DNA of 64,000 nucleotides from Mobula hypostoma (Eukaryota): NCBI RefSeq assembly GCF_963921235.1, contig NC_086100.1, positions 203,796,001 to 203,860,000 of the forward strand, read 5' to 3'. Shown piece by piece: positions 1 to 11,494 of this stretch (position 1 is its first letter; each line of letters starts with the position of its first letter). The notes under the pieces were generated by a model. It saw only the letters and a program-made list of their open reading frames with translations, ran no database searches and was not told where the DNA came from. The position numbers and the translations under genes were made by a program.

Positions 1-740
1 CCACAAAATCTCCTGTCTGCTCCCCTGACTATAGAGTATCCAATGACGACAGCTCTCCTCTTCTCCGTCCTACCCTTTTGCACCACAGGGTCAGACTCAC
101 TGGAGGCCCTGCCACCATGGCTCACACCTGGTCGGTCGTCCCTGCCTACAGTATCCAGGATGGTAAACTTATTATTCAGGGGACTGGCTACAGGGGTGCT
201 CTGCACTACCTGTCTGCTCACCTTCGCTTCCGCCCCTCTGACTGTCACCCAACAACCTGCTTCCGACAGCCTAGGTGTGACTACCTCCCTGTAGCTCTCA
301 TCTATGACTGCCTCATTCTCCCTTATGAGTCGAAGGTCATCCAGCTGCTGCTCCAGATTCCTTACACGGTCTTCCAGATCGCCCAGCCGTATGCACTTCT
401 GGCAGATGTGACTCTGCGGGAGAGGGGAGTTCCCCCAAGACTGCCACATCTCACATAAGAGGCACATCACCGTCTCAGGAGACATTGTAAAAACTAACTG
501 CGAGCTAGCTTGTCTTCCGCCTCTTCTCGTCGAAGCCTCTTGAGTCAAAGCCTCAAAGCTCCACTCCTTCACTGGCCCGCTCACTCACAGGCCACTTCGC
601 TTGAGCTATTCTTCTATTTATCTGTTTGATCTTTTCAAAATGTTTGGCCACCGGACCTCGACTGCCCAATCAGCTGCTTTCTGCTGAATCTGAGCTATTC
701 AAATCTTGATTGTCTAATCAACGGCTTTCTGTGTTGTCCC
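1..740 (-). mobile_element. CR1 LINE 5' region (ORF1 fragment and 5' UTR), running off the window start
   Basis: The minus strand near 1-60 reads RAVVIGYSIVRGADRRFC, matching the CR1 ORF1 motif AIVIGDSIVRGTDRRFCG at 25155-25532. The segment CGAAGCCTCTTGAG is shared with the CR1 5' end near 25915. Confidence 0.75.
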
Positions 741-1810
741 CTTGATCAAAAAAGGTAGTAGGGATAGTCAGGGTAATTGTAGACCAGTGAGCCTGGTGTC
801 TGTGGTGGGAAAGCTGTTGGAAAAGATTCTTAGAGATAGGATCTATGGGCATTTAGAGAATTATGGTCTGATAAGGGACTGTCAGCATGGCTTTGTGAAG
901 TGCAGATCGTGTTTAACAAGCCTGATAGAGTTCTTTGAGGAGGTGACCAGGCACATAGACGAGGGTAATGCAGTGGATGTGATCTACATGGATTTTAGTA
1001 AGGCATTTGACAAGGTTCCACACGGTAGGCTTATTCAGAAAGTCAGAAGGAATTGGGTCAAGGGAAGTTTGGCCAGGTGGATTCAGATTTGGCTTGCCTG
1101 CAGAAGGTTGTGGTGGAGGGAGTACATTCGGATTGAAGGGTTGTGACTGGTGGTGTCCCACAAGGATCAGTTCTGGGGCCTCTATGTTTTGTGATTTTTA
1201 TTAACGACCTGGATGTCGGGGTAGAAGGATGGGTTGGCAAGTTTGCAGATGACACAAAGGTTGGTGGTGGTGTAGATAGTGTAGAGGATTGTCAAAGATT
1301 GCAGAGAGACATTGATAGGATGCAGAAGTGGGCTGAGAAGTGGCAGATGGAGTTCAACCCGGAGAAGTGTGAGGTTGATTCGGGGATTTTGGGAATGAAG
1401 GGGTTAACACATGATTAGCATTTTGGCAGCTTTGAGCATGTGCTCACTGCAACTTAGAAGTATACGGTGGGGATCTCATTGAAACATAATGAATGTTGAA
1501 AGATTAAATGACGTGGATGTGGGAGTATATTTCCTATGGTGCAGATGTCCAGAACTAGAGGACACAGCCTCAAAAGGTTTTACCTGGAGGGTAGTGAATC
1601 TGTGGAATGTTCTGTGGAATGTCGTGGAGTCTAAGTCCATCGTTAGATTTGAAGCAGAAATCAATAGTTTCTTGACTGGTCAGGGCGTCAAAGGAAATGG
1701 CGAGAAGCAGGTGTCTGGGGTTGAGTGAGATCCAGGATCAGCCATGATGGAATGGTAGAGCAGTCTCTATGGGCTGAATGGCCTAATTCTGCTCCTATGT
1801 CTTATGGTCT
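741..1810 (+). mobile_element. CR1 LINE reverse-transcriptase fragment plus a degenerate CR1 3' end
   Basis: ORFs 742-1146 and 1143-1418 contain RPVSL, QHGF, YMDFSKAFDKVPH, GVPQGSVLGP and FADD, and are frameshifted relative to each other. Confidence 0.9.
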
Positions 1811-2380
1811 TAAGGACAGCATCTCCTGTTGGTTACCCATTGTAATTCCACTCCCCATTCCCATTCCAACATGCCTGTCCATGGCCTCCCCGACAGCCCA
1901 GATGAGAATACTCCCTGGTTGGAGGAGTAACATCATACTCCAGCTGGCTTGCCTCCAACCTGACAGCATGAACACTGATTTCTCCTACATCCAGGAATTT
2001 CACCCCCCCCCACCCTTCTCGCATTCTGGCTCCACTGTCACCTCCTGCCTTCTCCTCACATCTTTACTCTTTACGATTCTTCCCCTTCCTCTTTACCATT
2101 CTCCCACGGCACACATTCCTCTCCTATCAGATTCCTTCTTCAGTCGTTTATCTCCCTATCACCCCAGCTTCTTACTTCACTTCCCTTCATCCACCCACTC
2201 GCCTTTCCCCTCACCTATTACCTGCCCGCTTGTACTCTTTTCCTTCCCACACCATTCTCATTTTTGCTTCTGCCCCTTCATTTCCAGTCCGCAAGGAGGG
2301 TCTTGACCATAACCGCCATCTCATTATTCACCTCCTTAGGTGCTTCTTAATCTGCCGAGTTCCTCCAGCATTTTGTGTGC
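1811..2380 (+). mobile_element. Penelope-like element 3' fragment (end of GIY-YIG ORF plus pyrimidine-rich terminal repeat)
   Basis: Decayed HCNSTPHSHSNM...LEE...LQPDSMNTDFS, typical of the end of a Penelope ORF, followed by the terminal repeat seen at 47150-47500 and 59352-59558. Confidence 0.65.
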
Positions 2381-3434
2381 ATTATGCCATTATAAAGTCA
2401 TCAAGAGCAATGAATCAGTGCAGATCCCTGCAGAACACCACATGTCACTGACCTCCAGGCAGAATACTCTCTATCTGCAACCACCTATCTACCTCCTATG
2501 GACAAGCCAATTCTATGTCTACACGGCCTTGTCTGCCTGCATCCCATACATCCTGACTCTCTAATTGAGCTTGCGAGGATCCTTATCAAATGCCTTGCTA
2601 ATGTCCATATACACCACATCCACTGCTCTCACTTCATCAATACATCTTGTCACATCCTAAAGAACTCAATCCCGATGTTCACAAAGCTGTTACTGATACC
2701 TGAAGACCTTTGTTATAGGGAAAGATTGAATGGGTTAATTTCAGGTTGAAGAATGAGAGGAGATTTGATAGACGCGTATTGTTTGTGAGGTGTATAGATA
2801 GGGTGAGTAAAATTTTCCACTGAGCTTCGGTAAGACTACAAGCAGAGATGATAGGTTAAGGTTGAAAGGTGAAATATTTAAGGGAACATCTTCACGGGGA
2901 GTAGGGTGGGTGTGTGGAATGAGCTGCCAGCAGAAGTTCAATTTCAACATGGCTGAGAGGTTTGGACGACTACATGTGTGGGAGGGGTATGGTCCAGTAG
3001 AGGTTGGTGGGACAAGGCAGAAAAGTAGCGCAGCAAAGTCTAGATGGTCTGAATGGCCTGTTTTGTGCTGCAGTGCTCAAATAAAAGATGCTAATGTGAA
3101 GGGAAACTGAAGGCAAAACGTAGAAGTAGAGACATGGATTGCAGCAGTGACAACACCCAAGTTTCAGGAACTTCACCAATGGTATTACAGTGTGCACCGG
3201 TTGTTGTCATAGAGAATTGGTTTTGCTGTTAGACCGCTGCATAATTATTTTATTCAATCATCAGGACCGAGTCTGTTACTTCATGAATTCTTCTGTGATC
3301 AAAATGGAGATTTACTGGTAATTTTGTCAACTGGGAATGAAAAGCTGTACAAACTTCATACGCGGGTAGATCTGCTTTCACTGCTCTCCTGATGCACTAT
3401 GGTCTGCATGAGGGACCCTTCCCAATCCCACAGT

Positions 3435-4693
3435 AACATAGAAACATAGAAAATAGGTGCAGGAGTAGGCTATTCAGCCCTTTGAGCCTGCACCGCCATT
3501 TATTATGATCATGGCTGATCATCCAACTCAGAACCCTGCACCAGCCTTCCCTCCATACCCCCTGATCCCCGTAGCCACAAGGGCCATATCTAATTCCCTC
3601 TTAAATATAGCCAATGAACCGGCCTCACTGTTTCCTGTGGCAGAGAATTCCACAGATTCACCACTCTCTGTGTGAAGAAGTTTTTCCTAATCTCAGTCCT
3701 AAAAGGCTTCCCCTTTATCCCCAAACTGTGACCCCTCGTTCTGGACTTCCCCAACATCGGGAACAATCTTCCTGCATCTAGCCTGTCCAATCCCTTTAGG
3801 ATTTTATACGTTTCAATCAGATCCCCCCTCAATCTCCTAAATTCCAACGAGTACAAGCCCAGTTCATCCAGTCTTTCTTCATATGAAAGTCCTGCCATCC
3901 CAGGAATCAATCTGGTGAACCTTCTTTGTACTCCCTCTATGGCAAGGATGTCTTTCCTCAGATTAGGGGACCAAAACTGCACACAATACTCCAGGTGTGG
4001 TCTCACCAAGGCCTTGTACAACTGCAGTAGTACCTCCCTGCTCCTGTACTCGAATCCTCTCGCTATAAATGCCAGCATACCATTCGCCTTTTTCACCGCC
4101 TGCTGTACCTGCATGCCCACTTTCAATGACTGGTGTATAATGACACCCAGGTCTCGTTGCACCTCCCCTTTTCCTAATCGGCCACCATTCAGATAATAAT
4201 CTGTTTTCCTATTTTTGCCACCAAAGTGGATAACTTCACATTTATCCACATTAAATTGCATCTGCCATGAATTTGCCCACTCACCCAACCTATCCAAGTC
4301 ACCCTGCATCCTCTTAGCATCCTCCTCACAGCTAACACTGCCGCCCAGCTTCGTGTCATCCGCAAACTTGGAGATGCTGCATTTAATTCCCTCATCCAAG
4401 TTATTAATATATATTGTAAACAACTGGGGTCCCAGCACTGAGCCTTGCGGTACCCCACTAGTCACTGCCTGCCATTTTGAAAAGGTCCCGTTTATTCCCA
4501 CTCTTTGCTTCCTGTCTGCTAACCAATTCTCTATCCACATCAATACCTTACCCCCAATACCGTGTGCTTTAAGTTTGCACAATAATCTCCTGTGTGGGAC
4601 CTTGTCAAAAGCCTTTTGAATATCCAAATATACCACATCCACTGGTTCTCCCCTATCCACTCTACTAGTTACATCCTCAAAAAATTCTATGAG
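3435..4693 (-). mobile_element. 5'-truncated CR1 LINE (RT C-terminal half)
   Basis: ORF 3590-4771 has GVPQGSVLGPQLF, FADD, RPHLEYCVQFW and FFTQRVVNLWNSLP; an (AACATAGA)n 3' tail lies at about 3435. Confidence 0.95.
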
Positions 4694-4929
4694 TACTTCA
4701 CAGGCTCCCTGTTTTCCACCAACACCATTCCTTACAGTCTGCAATTCCAGTTCCCCATGCCTGTGTCTCAAAGAAAGTTGGTTAGGTAATTAATTCCAAA
4801 GTCATTTAGACCACAAGACCATAAGACATAGGAACAGAATTAGTCTATTTGATCCCGCGCTTCTATTCAGCCCTTCCATCATGGCTGATTTATTATCACT
4901 CGCCACGACATTCTCCTGCCTGCTCCCCA

Positions 4930-6480
4930 CTGAAAAGCTTGAACATGTAGATATTAAATCTGGAGCTTTTGGAAAGCATCAAGTTGGATAAGTCACCAGG
5001 ACCGGGCGAGATGTATCCCAAGCTACTGTGGGAAGTGAGGGAAGAGATTGCCGAGCCTTTGGTGATGATCTTTGCAATTCCGGAGGATTGGAGGATTGGA
5101 GGATTGGAGGATTGCAGATGTTGTTCCCTTATTCAAGAAAGGGAGTATGGATAGCCCAGGAAATTATAGACCAGTGAGTCTTACTTCAGTGGTTGGTAAG
5201 TTGATGGAGAAAATCCTGAGAGGCAGGATTTATGAACATTTGGAGAGGCATAATATGATGAGGAATAGTCAGCATGGCTTTGTCAAAGGCAGGTCGTGCC
5301 TTACGAGCCTGATTGAATTTTTTGAGAATGTGACTAAACACATTGATGAAGGAAGAGCGGTAGATGTAGTGTACGGTATATGGATTTCAGCAAGGCATTT
5401 GATAAGGTACCCCATACAAGGCTTATTGAGAAAGTAAGGAGGCATGGGATCCAAGGGGACATTGCTTTGTGGATCCAGAACTGGCTTGCAAACAGAAGGC
5501 AAAGAGTGTTTGTAGACGGGTCATATTCTGCATGGAGGTCGGTGACCAGTGGTGTGCCTCAGGGATCTGTTCTGGGACCCTTACTCTTCGTGATTTTTAT
5601 AAATGACCTGGATGAGGAAGTGGAGGGATGGGTTAGTAAGTTTGCTGATGACACAAAGGTTGGGGGTGTTGTGAATAGTGTGGAGGGCTGTCAGAGGTTA
5701 CAGTGGGACATTGATAGGATGCAAAACTGGGCTGAGAAGTGGCAGATGGATTTCAACCCAGGTAAGTGTGAGGTGGTTCATTTTGGTAGGTCAAATATGA
5801 TGACAGAACATAGTATTAATGGTAAGACTCTTGGCAGTGTGGAGGATCAGAGGGATCTTGGTGTCCAAGTCCATAGGACATACAAAGCAGCTGCGCAGGT
5901 TGACTCTGTGGTTAAGAAAGCATACGGTGTATTGGCCTTCATCAATCGTGGTTTTGAGTTTAAGAGCCAAGAGGTAATGTTACAGCTATATAGGACCCTG
6001 GTCAGACCCCACTTGGAGTACTGTGCTCAGTTCTGGTCGCCTCACTACAGGAAGGACGTGGAAACCATAGAAAGGGTGCAGAGGAGATCTACAAGGATGT
6101 TGCCTGGATTGGGGAGCATGCCTTATGAGAACACGTTGAGTGAACTCGGCCATTTCCCCTTGGAGTGACGGAGGATGAGAGGTGACCTGATCGAGGTGTA
6201 CAAGATAATGAGAGGCATTGATCGTGTGGATAGGTAGAGGCTTTCTTCCAGGGCTGAAATGGCTAACATGAGAGGGCATAGTTTTAAGGTGCTTGAGGTG
6301 CCTCCAGTGGTGGAGGCAGAAATGATAGGGTCTTTTAAGAAACTCCTAGATAGGTGCATGGAGCTTATAAAAATCGAGGGCTATGGGTAAAGCCTAGGTA
6401 ATTTCTAAGGTAGGACATGTTTGGCACAGCTTTGTGGGCTGAAGGGCCTGTATTATGCTGTAGATTTTCTATGTTTCTAT
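4930..6480 (+). mobile_element. 5'-truncated CR1 LINE, disrupted
   Basis: ORFs 4969-5154, 5072-5437 and 5380-6168 carry CR1 RT motifs, with frameshifts and a premature TGA at 6166; TTCTATGT tail at about 6470. Confidence 0.95.
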
Positions 6481-6751
6481 AATCTTTCACACATTGACCA
6501 ATCAAGAAACTGTCAGCCTCACAAACTCCTGTCCAATTGTATTTCTGAACGGTGTCCTGAAAGGGTTTACAGCTTAGAAATACCCTCACCAAATCCCCAG
6601 TCCTGCTGAAGTCTCGGCCCGAAACGTCGACTGTACTTTTTTACCCACAGATGCTGCGTGGTCTGCTGTTCCTGCCGCATTTTGTGGGTGTTGCTTTGAT
6701 TTCCAGCATCTGCAGATTGTCTCTTGTTTCCCCTTACAATAACTCGAGCAG

Positions 6752-6787
6752 ACAAAGTAAACACAGCAGGCCGGGATTCTAGCAACA
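6752..6787 (+). CDS. Candidate 36-bp phase-1/phase-1 micro-exon (KVNTAGRDSSN) upstream of the defensin-like exon
   Basis: Pyrimidine-rich run then CAG at 6749-6751, and a consensus GTAAGT donor at 6788. It is open in the phase that joins the 7750 exon. No homology support. Confidence 0.35.
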
Positions 6788-7310
6788 GTAAGTACTTGCA
6801 GCCAATGCATACAGATTTTGGAAAACAATGCTGAGGTCTGCTGGGGGTAGGGCAGATCGCTCCAGGAGGGGGAGACACAGTAGCCCATCTTTAAACGGAG
6901 CCTGCCAGCAGAGTCCCTTGAGAATGCCACAGCATAGGGCGAAACTGTGGAGGCCCTGCCAGTCCATAACTAATAACCCCACCACCTGAACATACTGGTA
7001 ATTTAAACTTTAAACTGGGTTTCACAAGGAGGAAGATCCCAATATAGGCAAGCGGGTGACCTGGATAATGAAGTCGTGGGCCAAAATTAAGTGGCAGGGT
7101 GAAGTGATGCAGAATCTCCAGTACGGGATCGACAAACACTGGAGGGATATTTCCCCATTGTCTGCACAATCATATCTTTACAATGAAGCTGGAAGGGTGT
7201 TTACGAATGCATATGGTGTGTTGCCCTTTATTAGTGGGGCATTTATCTGAAGAGCTGGGAGATCATATTATCGCTCTCTAAAAGTCTAGTTGGACGGGAC
7301 TGAGAGTTTT

Positions 7311-7510
7311 GTGGAACACAGCAGGCCAGGCAGCATCTATAGGAAGAGGTACAGTCAACGTTTCAGGCCGGGTCCCTTTGTCGCGAACGATCCTGGCCTG
7401 AAACGTCAACTGTACCCCTTCCTATAGATGCTACCTGGCCTGCTGTGTTCCACCAGCATTTTTTTTGTGTGTGTGTTGCTTGAATTTCCAGCATCTGCAG
7501 ATTTCCTCAT
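7311..7510. repeat. Penelope-derived terminal repeat arranged as an inverted repeat
   Basis: Arms 7311-7372 and 7392-7453 are reverse complements with about 5 mismatches in 62 bp. Confidence 0.85.
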
Positions 7511-7749
7511 GTCTGAGAATCTTGTGTCCGTTCTGGTCTCCTCCTGATAGGAAAGACATGGATGTTTTTACAGCGGGTGCGTAGGAAATTTACCAGGATA
7601 TTGTTTTGTTTTAGCTGTATGCTGGTGTTCGGCTGAATCATGGCAAACTGGAACTTGAACTTGAAGCGCTCAGGGAAAGGCTGCTGGAATGTAACAGGCC
7701 TCACCGTAGACGGGCCAGCTCTACATTAACCCTCCTTCTCCCTCGGCAG

Positions 7750-7868
7750 CTTCCAACACTCCTGAGTGTGAAGACATTGGGGGATTCTGTAACATAGGGC
7801 CGTGTCCGTACGGTGACGTTGTGGACAATATCTTCTGTGATAAGGAGCTCGTTTGTTGCTCCCTGTGA
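7750..7868 (+). CDS. Terminal exon encoding an anionic beta-defensin-like six-cysteine peptide (SNTPECEDIGGFCNIGPCPYGDVVDNIFCDKELVCCSL*)
   Basis: Spacing is C-x6-C-x4-C-x10-C-x5-CC, with GGxC and CP signatures. A branch-point-like TTAAC, the tract CCTCCTTCTCCCTCGG and CAG precede it (acceptor ends 7749, phase 1). An in-frame TAA at 7692 means it must be spliced; TGA at 7866-7868. Confidence 0.75.
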
Positions 7869-8248
7869 GACTGGCCACACTCAGGGTAGAGGACTGATCA
7901 TCAGCAGACATCCTACCATCGTGATGGAGGAGCCACACGCCATGTTTAAATGGCGGAAACACAAAGTAAAAAGGAAATGAAAATAGATGTGGAAGTTTTA
8001 AGGGGGGCTGTGCATAGGAAACTTACAAGAGTATTGTTTCTTTTAGCTGTATGCTGGTGTACGGCTGGATCACTCAAACTGGAACTTGAGACGGTCAGGG
8101 AAAGGCTGCTGGAGTGTCAACGTCCCTCACTGCAGACGAGCCAGTTCTACATTAACCCTCCTTCTCCCTTGGCAGATTCCAGCACGTCCGAATTTGTGCT
8201 TCACGGTAGACGGGAACCTCCGCATTAACCCTTCTTCTCCTTCGGCAG

Positions 8249-8352
8249 GTTCCTACACTTCTGAATGTGAAGACATTGGAGGATCCTGTCTGGACAGTGA
8301 TGCTGTGGACAATATCGTCTGGGATAAGGAGCTGGATTGTTGTTACCTGTGA
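8249..8352 (+). CDS. Duplicate defensin-like exon, four-cysteine variant or pseudo-exon (SYTSECEDIGGSCLDSDAVDNIVWDKELDCCYL*)
   Basis: Same phase-1 acceptor (CAG ends 8248) and equivalent stop as copy 1, with an in-frame 15-bp deletion and a Cys-to-Trp change. Confidence 0.5.
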
Positions 8353-9680
8353 GGCTGGCCACACTCAGGGTGGAGGACTGATCATCTGCAGAAATCCTAC
8401 CATCCTGATGGAGGAGCCACACAACATGTTTAAATGACGGAAACACAATGTAAAAATCAAATGAAAATAGTCGAATCGCTGCTACATGTTGGTCACTGAT
8501 TCATATCCGATACCTTGGGCAAATCACCATGAGAGGGCAGAACTGCAGGACCCACTGTTAGAGAGCTGCTACTGACCATGAGCATAGAATCATAGAACCC
8601 AAACAGGCCACTCAGCCCATCTATCCAGTGCTAAACTGCCATTCTGCCTTGACCCATCGACCCCCCGTAACTCTCCACGCTCCTCCCCTCCATGTACCTG
8701 TGCAGATTACTGTGAAATGTTGAAATCGAAACCACATCCACCACTTGCGCTGGCAGCTCATTCCACACTCTCACTACCTGAGTGAAGGCTCCCCACCTCA
8801 CCTTCCCTTTCAGCACTTCAATGGAAAAAGAATGGCTGAAATCACTTCTCACGTTCATGCAAGATCGACAAGCCCAAGTTGTTGGGCACAGGACACACCA
8901 TTTTTAATTAGCCACAAAGTTAACTCAAAACCACACATATTAGAATATGATGCACCTAACAATATAGTGACAATCATATTACAAAATAAACAGAATTATG
9001 TATCTGTATCTACATTTGTAATATACAAACAACATATGCATATTTACACATCCCCATCACCAGAATAAATAATATTAGGCTTGCCATTAATGCTCCGAAG
9101 TCCTAGGCAAAGAAATTAAAGAGACCACTTCTGAAAAATCTACCACTTTTATACGATAAAGGAAATTATCTCGATAGTGATGAATTCATGAATAAGCTAA
9201 TGAATTCCTCTCCTGATTCCAGATGTGTACAGGTATTGACTTTAACTAATGTTTTGATTAGAAACTCTGCCATCTTCATCGGGGATGATGCCTGGGCATG
9301 TCTCGTCCAGTGGTAAATATATCCCCATAAACCATCCGGTTTAGACAGCGCAGAACATACTGTCATTGGCATTACGGGGGCTGCAAAGAGATGAGCCATC
9401 AGGACCATCACAGAGGCTGCAGAATGATCCTCCAAATGGCTGTGGATCAAGGAGTGTGAGCTGTGAACCGATGTGCCTGGGACACAAACTCGGGTCTGAT
9501 CAATCCTGGCCCGGTGGCCTGCATGAGGGTGTCTAATGCTGCAAGACCCGAAACACCCAATGACTCCAGTTTACATCACCTCGAATATGTCCCAGTTCAT
9601 CCTTGGATGTCTATCAGCACCAAGTTGCACTTCTGTTGGATTGACTGAAAAATATGGTCGGTGGATTTGGCCAACACAAT

Positions 9681-10680
9681 AACCATATAACAATTACAGC
9701 ACGGAAACAGGCCATCTGGGCCCTTCTAGTCTGTGCCGAACTCTTACTCTCAGCTAGTCCCACTGACCTGTACTCAGCCCATAACCCTCCATTCCTTTCC
9801 TGTCCATATAGCTGTCCAATTTAACTTTGAGTGACAGCATCCAACCTGCCTCAACCACTTCTGCTGGAAGCTCGTTCCACACAGCTACCACTCTCTGAGT
9901 AAAGAAATTCCCCTTCATGTTACCCCTAAACTTTTGCCCTTTAACTCTCAACTCATGTCTTCTTGTTTGAATCTTCCCCACTCTCAATGGAAAAAGCCTA
10001 TCCACATCAACTCTATCTATCCCCCTCATAATTTTAAATACCTCTATCAAGTCCCCCCTCAACCTTCTACGCTCCAAAGAATAAAGACCCAACTTGATCA
10101 ACCTTTCTCTGTAACTTAGGTGATGAAACCTAGGTAACATTCTAGTAAATCTTCTCTGTACTCTCTCTATTTTATTGACATCTTTCCTGTAATTCAGTGA
10201 CCAGAATTGTACATAATACTCCAAATTTGGCCTTACCAATGCCTTGTACAATTTCAACATTACATCCCAACTCCTATACTCAATGCTCTGATTTATAAAG
10301 GCCAGCATACCAAAAGCTTTCTTCACCACCCTATCCACATGAGATTCCACCTTCAGGGAACTATGCACCATTATTCCTAGATTCCTCTGTTCTACTGCAT
10401 TCTTCAATGTCCTGCCATTTTCCATGTATGTCCTGTTTTGATTAGTCTTACCAAAATGTAGCACCTCACATTTATCAGAATTACACTCCATCTGCCATCT
10501 TTCAGTCCACTCTTCTAACTGGCCTAAATCTCTTTGCAAGTTTTGAAAACCTACTTCATTATCCACAACTCCACCTATCTTAGTATCATTTGCATACTTA
10601 CTCATCCAATTTACCACCCCATCATCCAGATCATTAATGTATATGACAAACAACATTGGACCCAGTACTGATCCCTGAGG
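9681..10680 (-). mobile_element. 5'-truncated CR1 LINE
   Basis: ORF 9754-10695 has PQGSVLGP, YANDTK, RPNLEY and FFTQRVVAVWNELP. Confidence 0.95.
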
Positions 10681-10850
10681 GGATGAACAGTACAAAGTAC
10701 TCTGAAAGGAATAAAATGAATAAATAATATTAGGCTTGCCATCATACCAAACTATTACGCATTAAAATGACTTTTACATTATCATCTTTAAATTCATTTG
10801 CCAGGGAAGTTATCCCTTTAAATTCGCACTTCTGAAATTTGGATCTATTG

Positions 10851-11494
10851 AGGGAGGGAGAAGATGGCGACATGACGCAGTGCACGCAGCCGTTCTGAAT
10901 GAATATCGTATGTGTTAACTAGGGGCCGTGCACAATCCTGATTTGATGGAGACAGACTTGAGAAGCGCAGAGGAACACCTGGAGAAACTTCTGAAATGCC
11001 CACTTCACTGCCGCTGCTACTGTGCGATCAAGAATCTCCGGAGACGAAGGCCCCAAATCCTCGGCTTTGCCTATTGCCTGTTGCCGGGCCGGGGTCGAAG
11101 CATTCGGCAGAGATGGTGCTCGGTGTCGGAGAGCTGGTCGGAGGCTCGGGGTTTTCGGACGGACTCGGAGACGGACTGTGGTCGGATGCTTCCGGGATGC
11201 TACATCGGCAAGTTGGCGGCGCTGGAGGTTCACTGTCTGCGTGAGATGATGGGACTTTCGAGAGACTTTGAGACTTTTACTGTGCCATGGTCTGTTCTTA
11301 TCAAATTATGGTATTGCTTTGCACTGTTGTAACTATATGTTATAATTATGTGGTTTTTGTCAGTTTCTTCAGTCGGTTTGTCATGTGTTTCTGTGATATC
11401 ATTCTGGAAAAATATTGTATCATTTCTTAATGCATGCATTACCAAATGACAATAAAAGAGGACTGCGTGTCCTCATAATCTAATCTAAATCTAA
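10851..11494 (+). mobile_element. Unclassified ~640-bp non-coding retroposon-like insertion
   Basis: Sharp GC/CpG-rich block in AT-rich decayed L1-like sequence, ending in AATAAA (about 11451) and an (ATCTA)n-like tail. Confidence 0.5.

Larger units (their letters stand above)
7555..8470 (+). repeat. Diverged tandem duplication (copy 1 about 7555-7985, copy 2 about 7986-8470) carrying the defensin-like exon
   Basis: Collinear matches include TTTTAGCTGTATGCTGGTGT, CAGGGAAAGGCTGCTGGA, CTGGCCACACTCAGGGT and AAATGAAAATAG in both copies. Copy 2 has an extra ~70-bp internal duplication of the acceptor region. Confidence 0.95.

Noticed and set aside
3134..3232. Short ORF MDCSSDNTQVSGTSPMVLQCAPVVVIENWFCC ending in CC
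   Set aside because: Only four cysteines, no defensin spacing, no signal peptide and no similarity to the 7750 exon; likely chance.
7950..8228. ORF with a signal-peptide-like stretch (TRVLFLLAVCWCTAGS) near the defensin copies
   Set aside because: It begins in a decayed CR1 remnant (QRVRRKFTRIL-like). The matching region of copy 1 has an in-frame TAA at 7692 before the cysteine motif, and this ORF ends before reaching the copy 2 motif.
9048..9087. Minus-strand leader-like MASLILFILVMGM with an upstream TATAAAA and a GT donor
   Set aside because: The same 25 nt recur at 10718-10742 within sequence reading like decayed L1 ORF2 (FQK..KGI). It is better explained as an L1 remnant, although not formally excluded.
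9600..9640. Minus-strand LVLIDIQG resembling an alpha-kinase motif
   Set aside because: It is followed immediately by a stop and no other kinase motifs are present.
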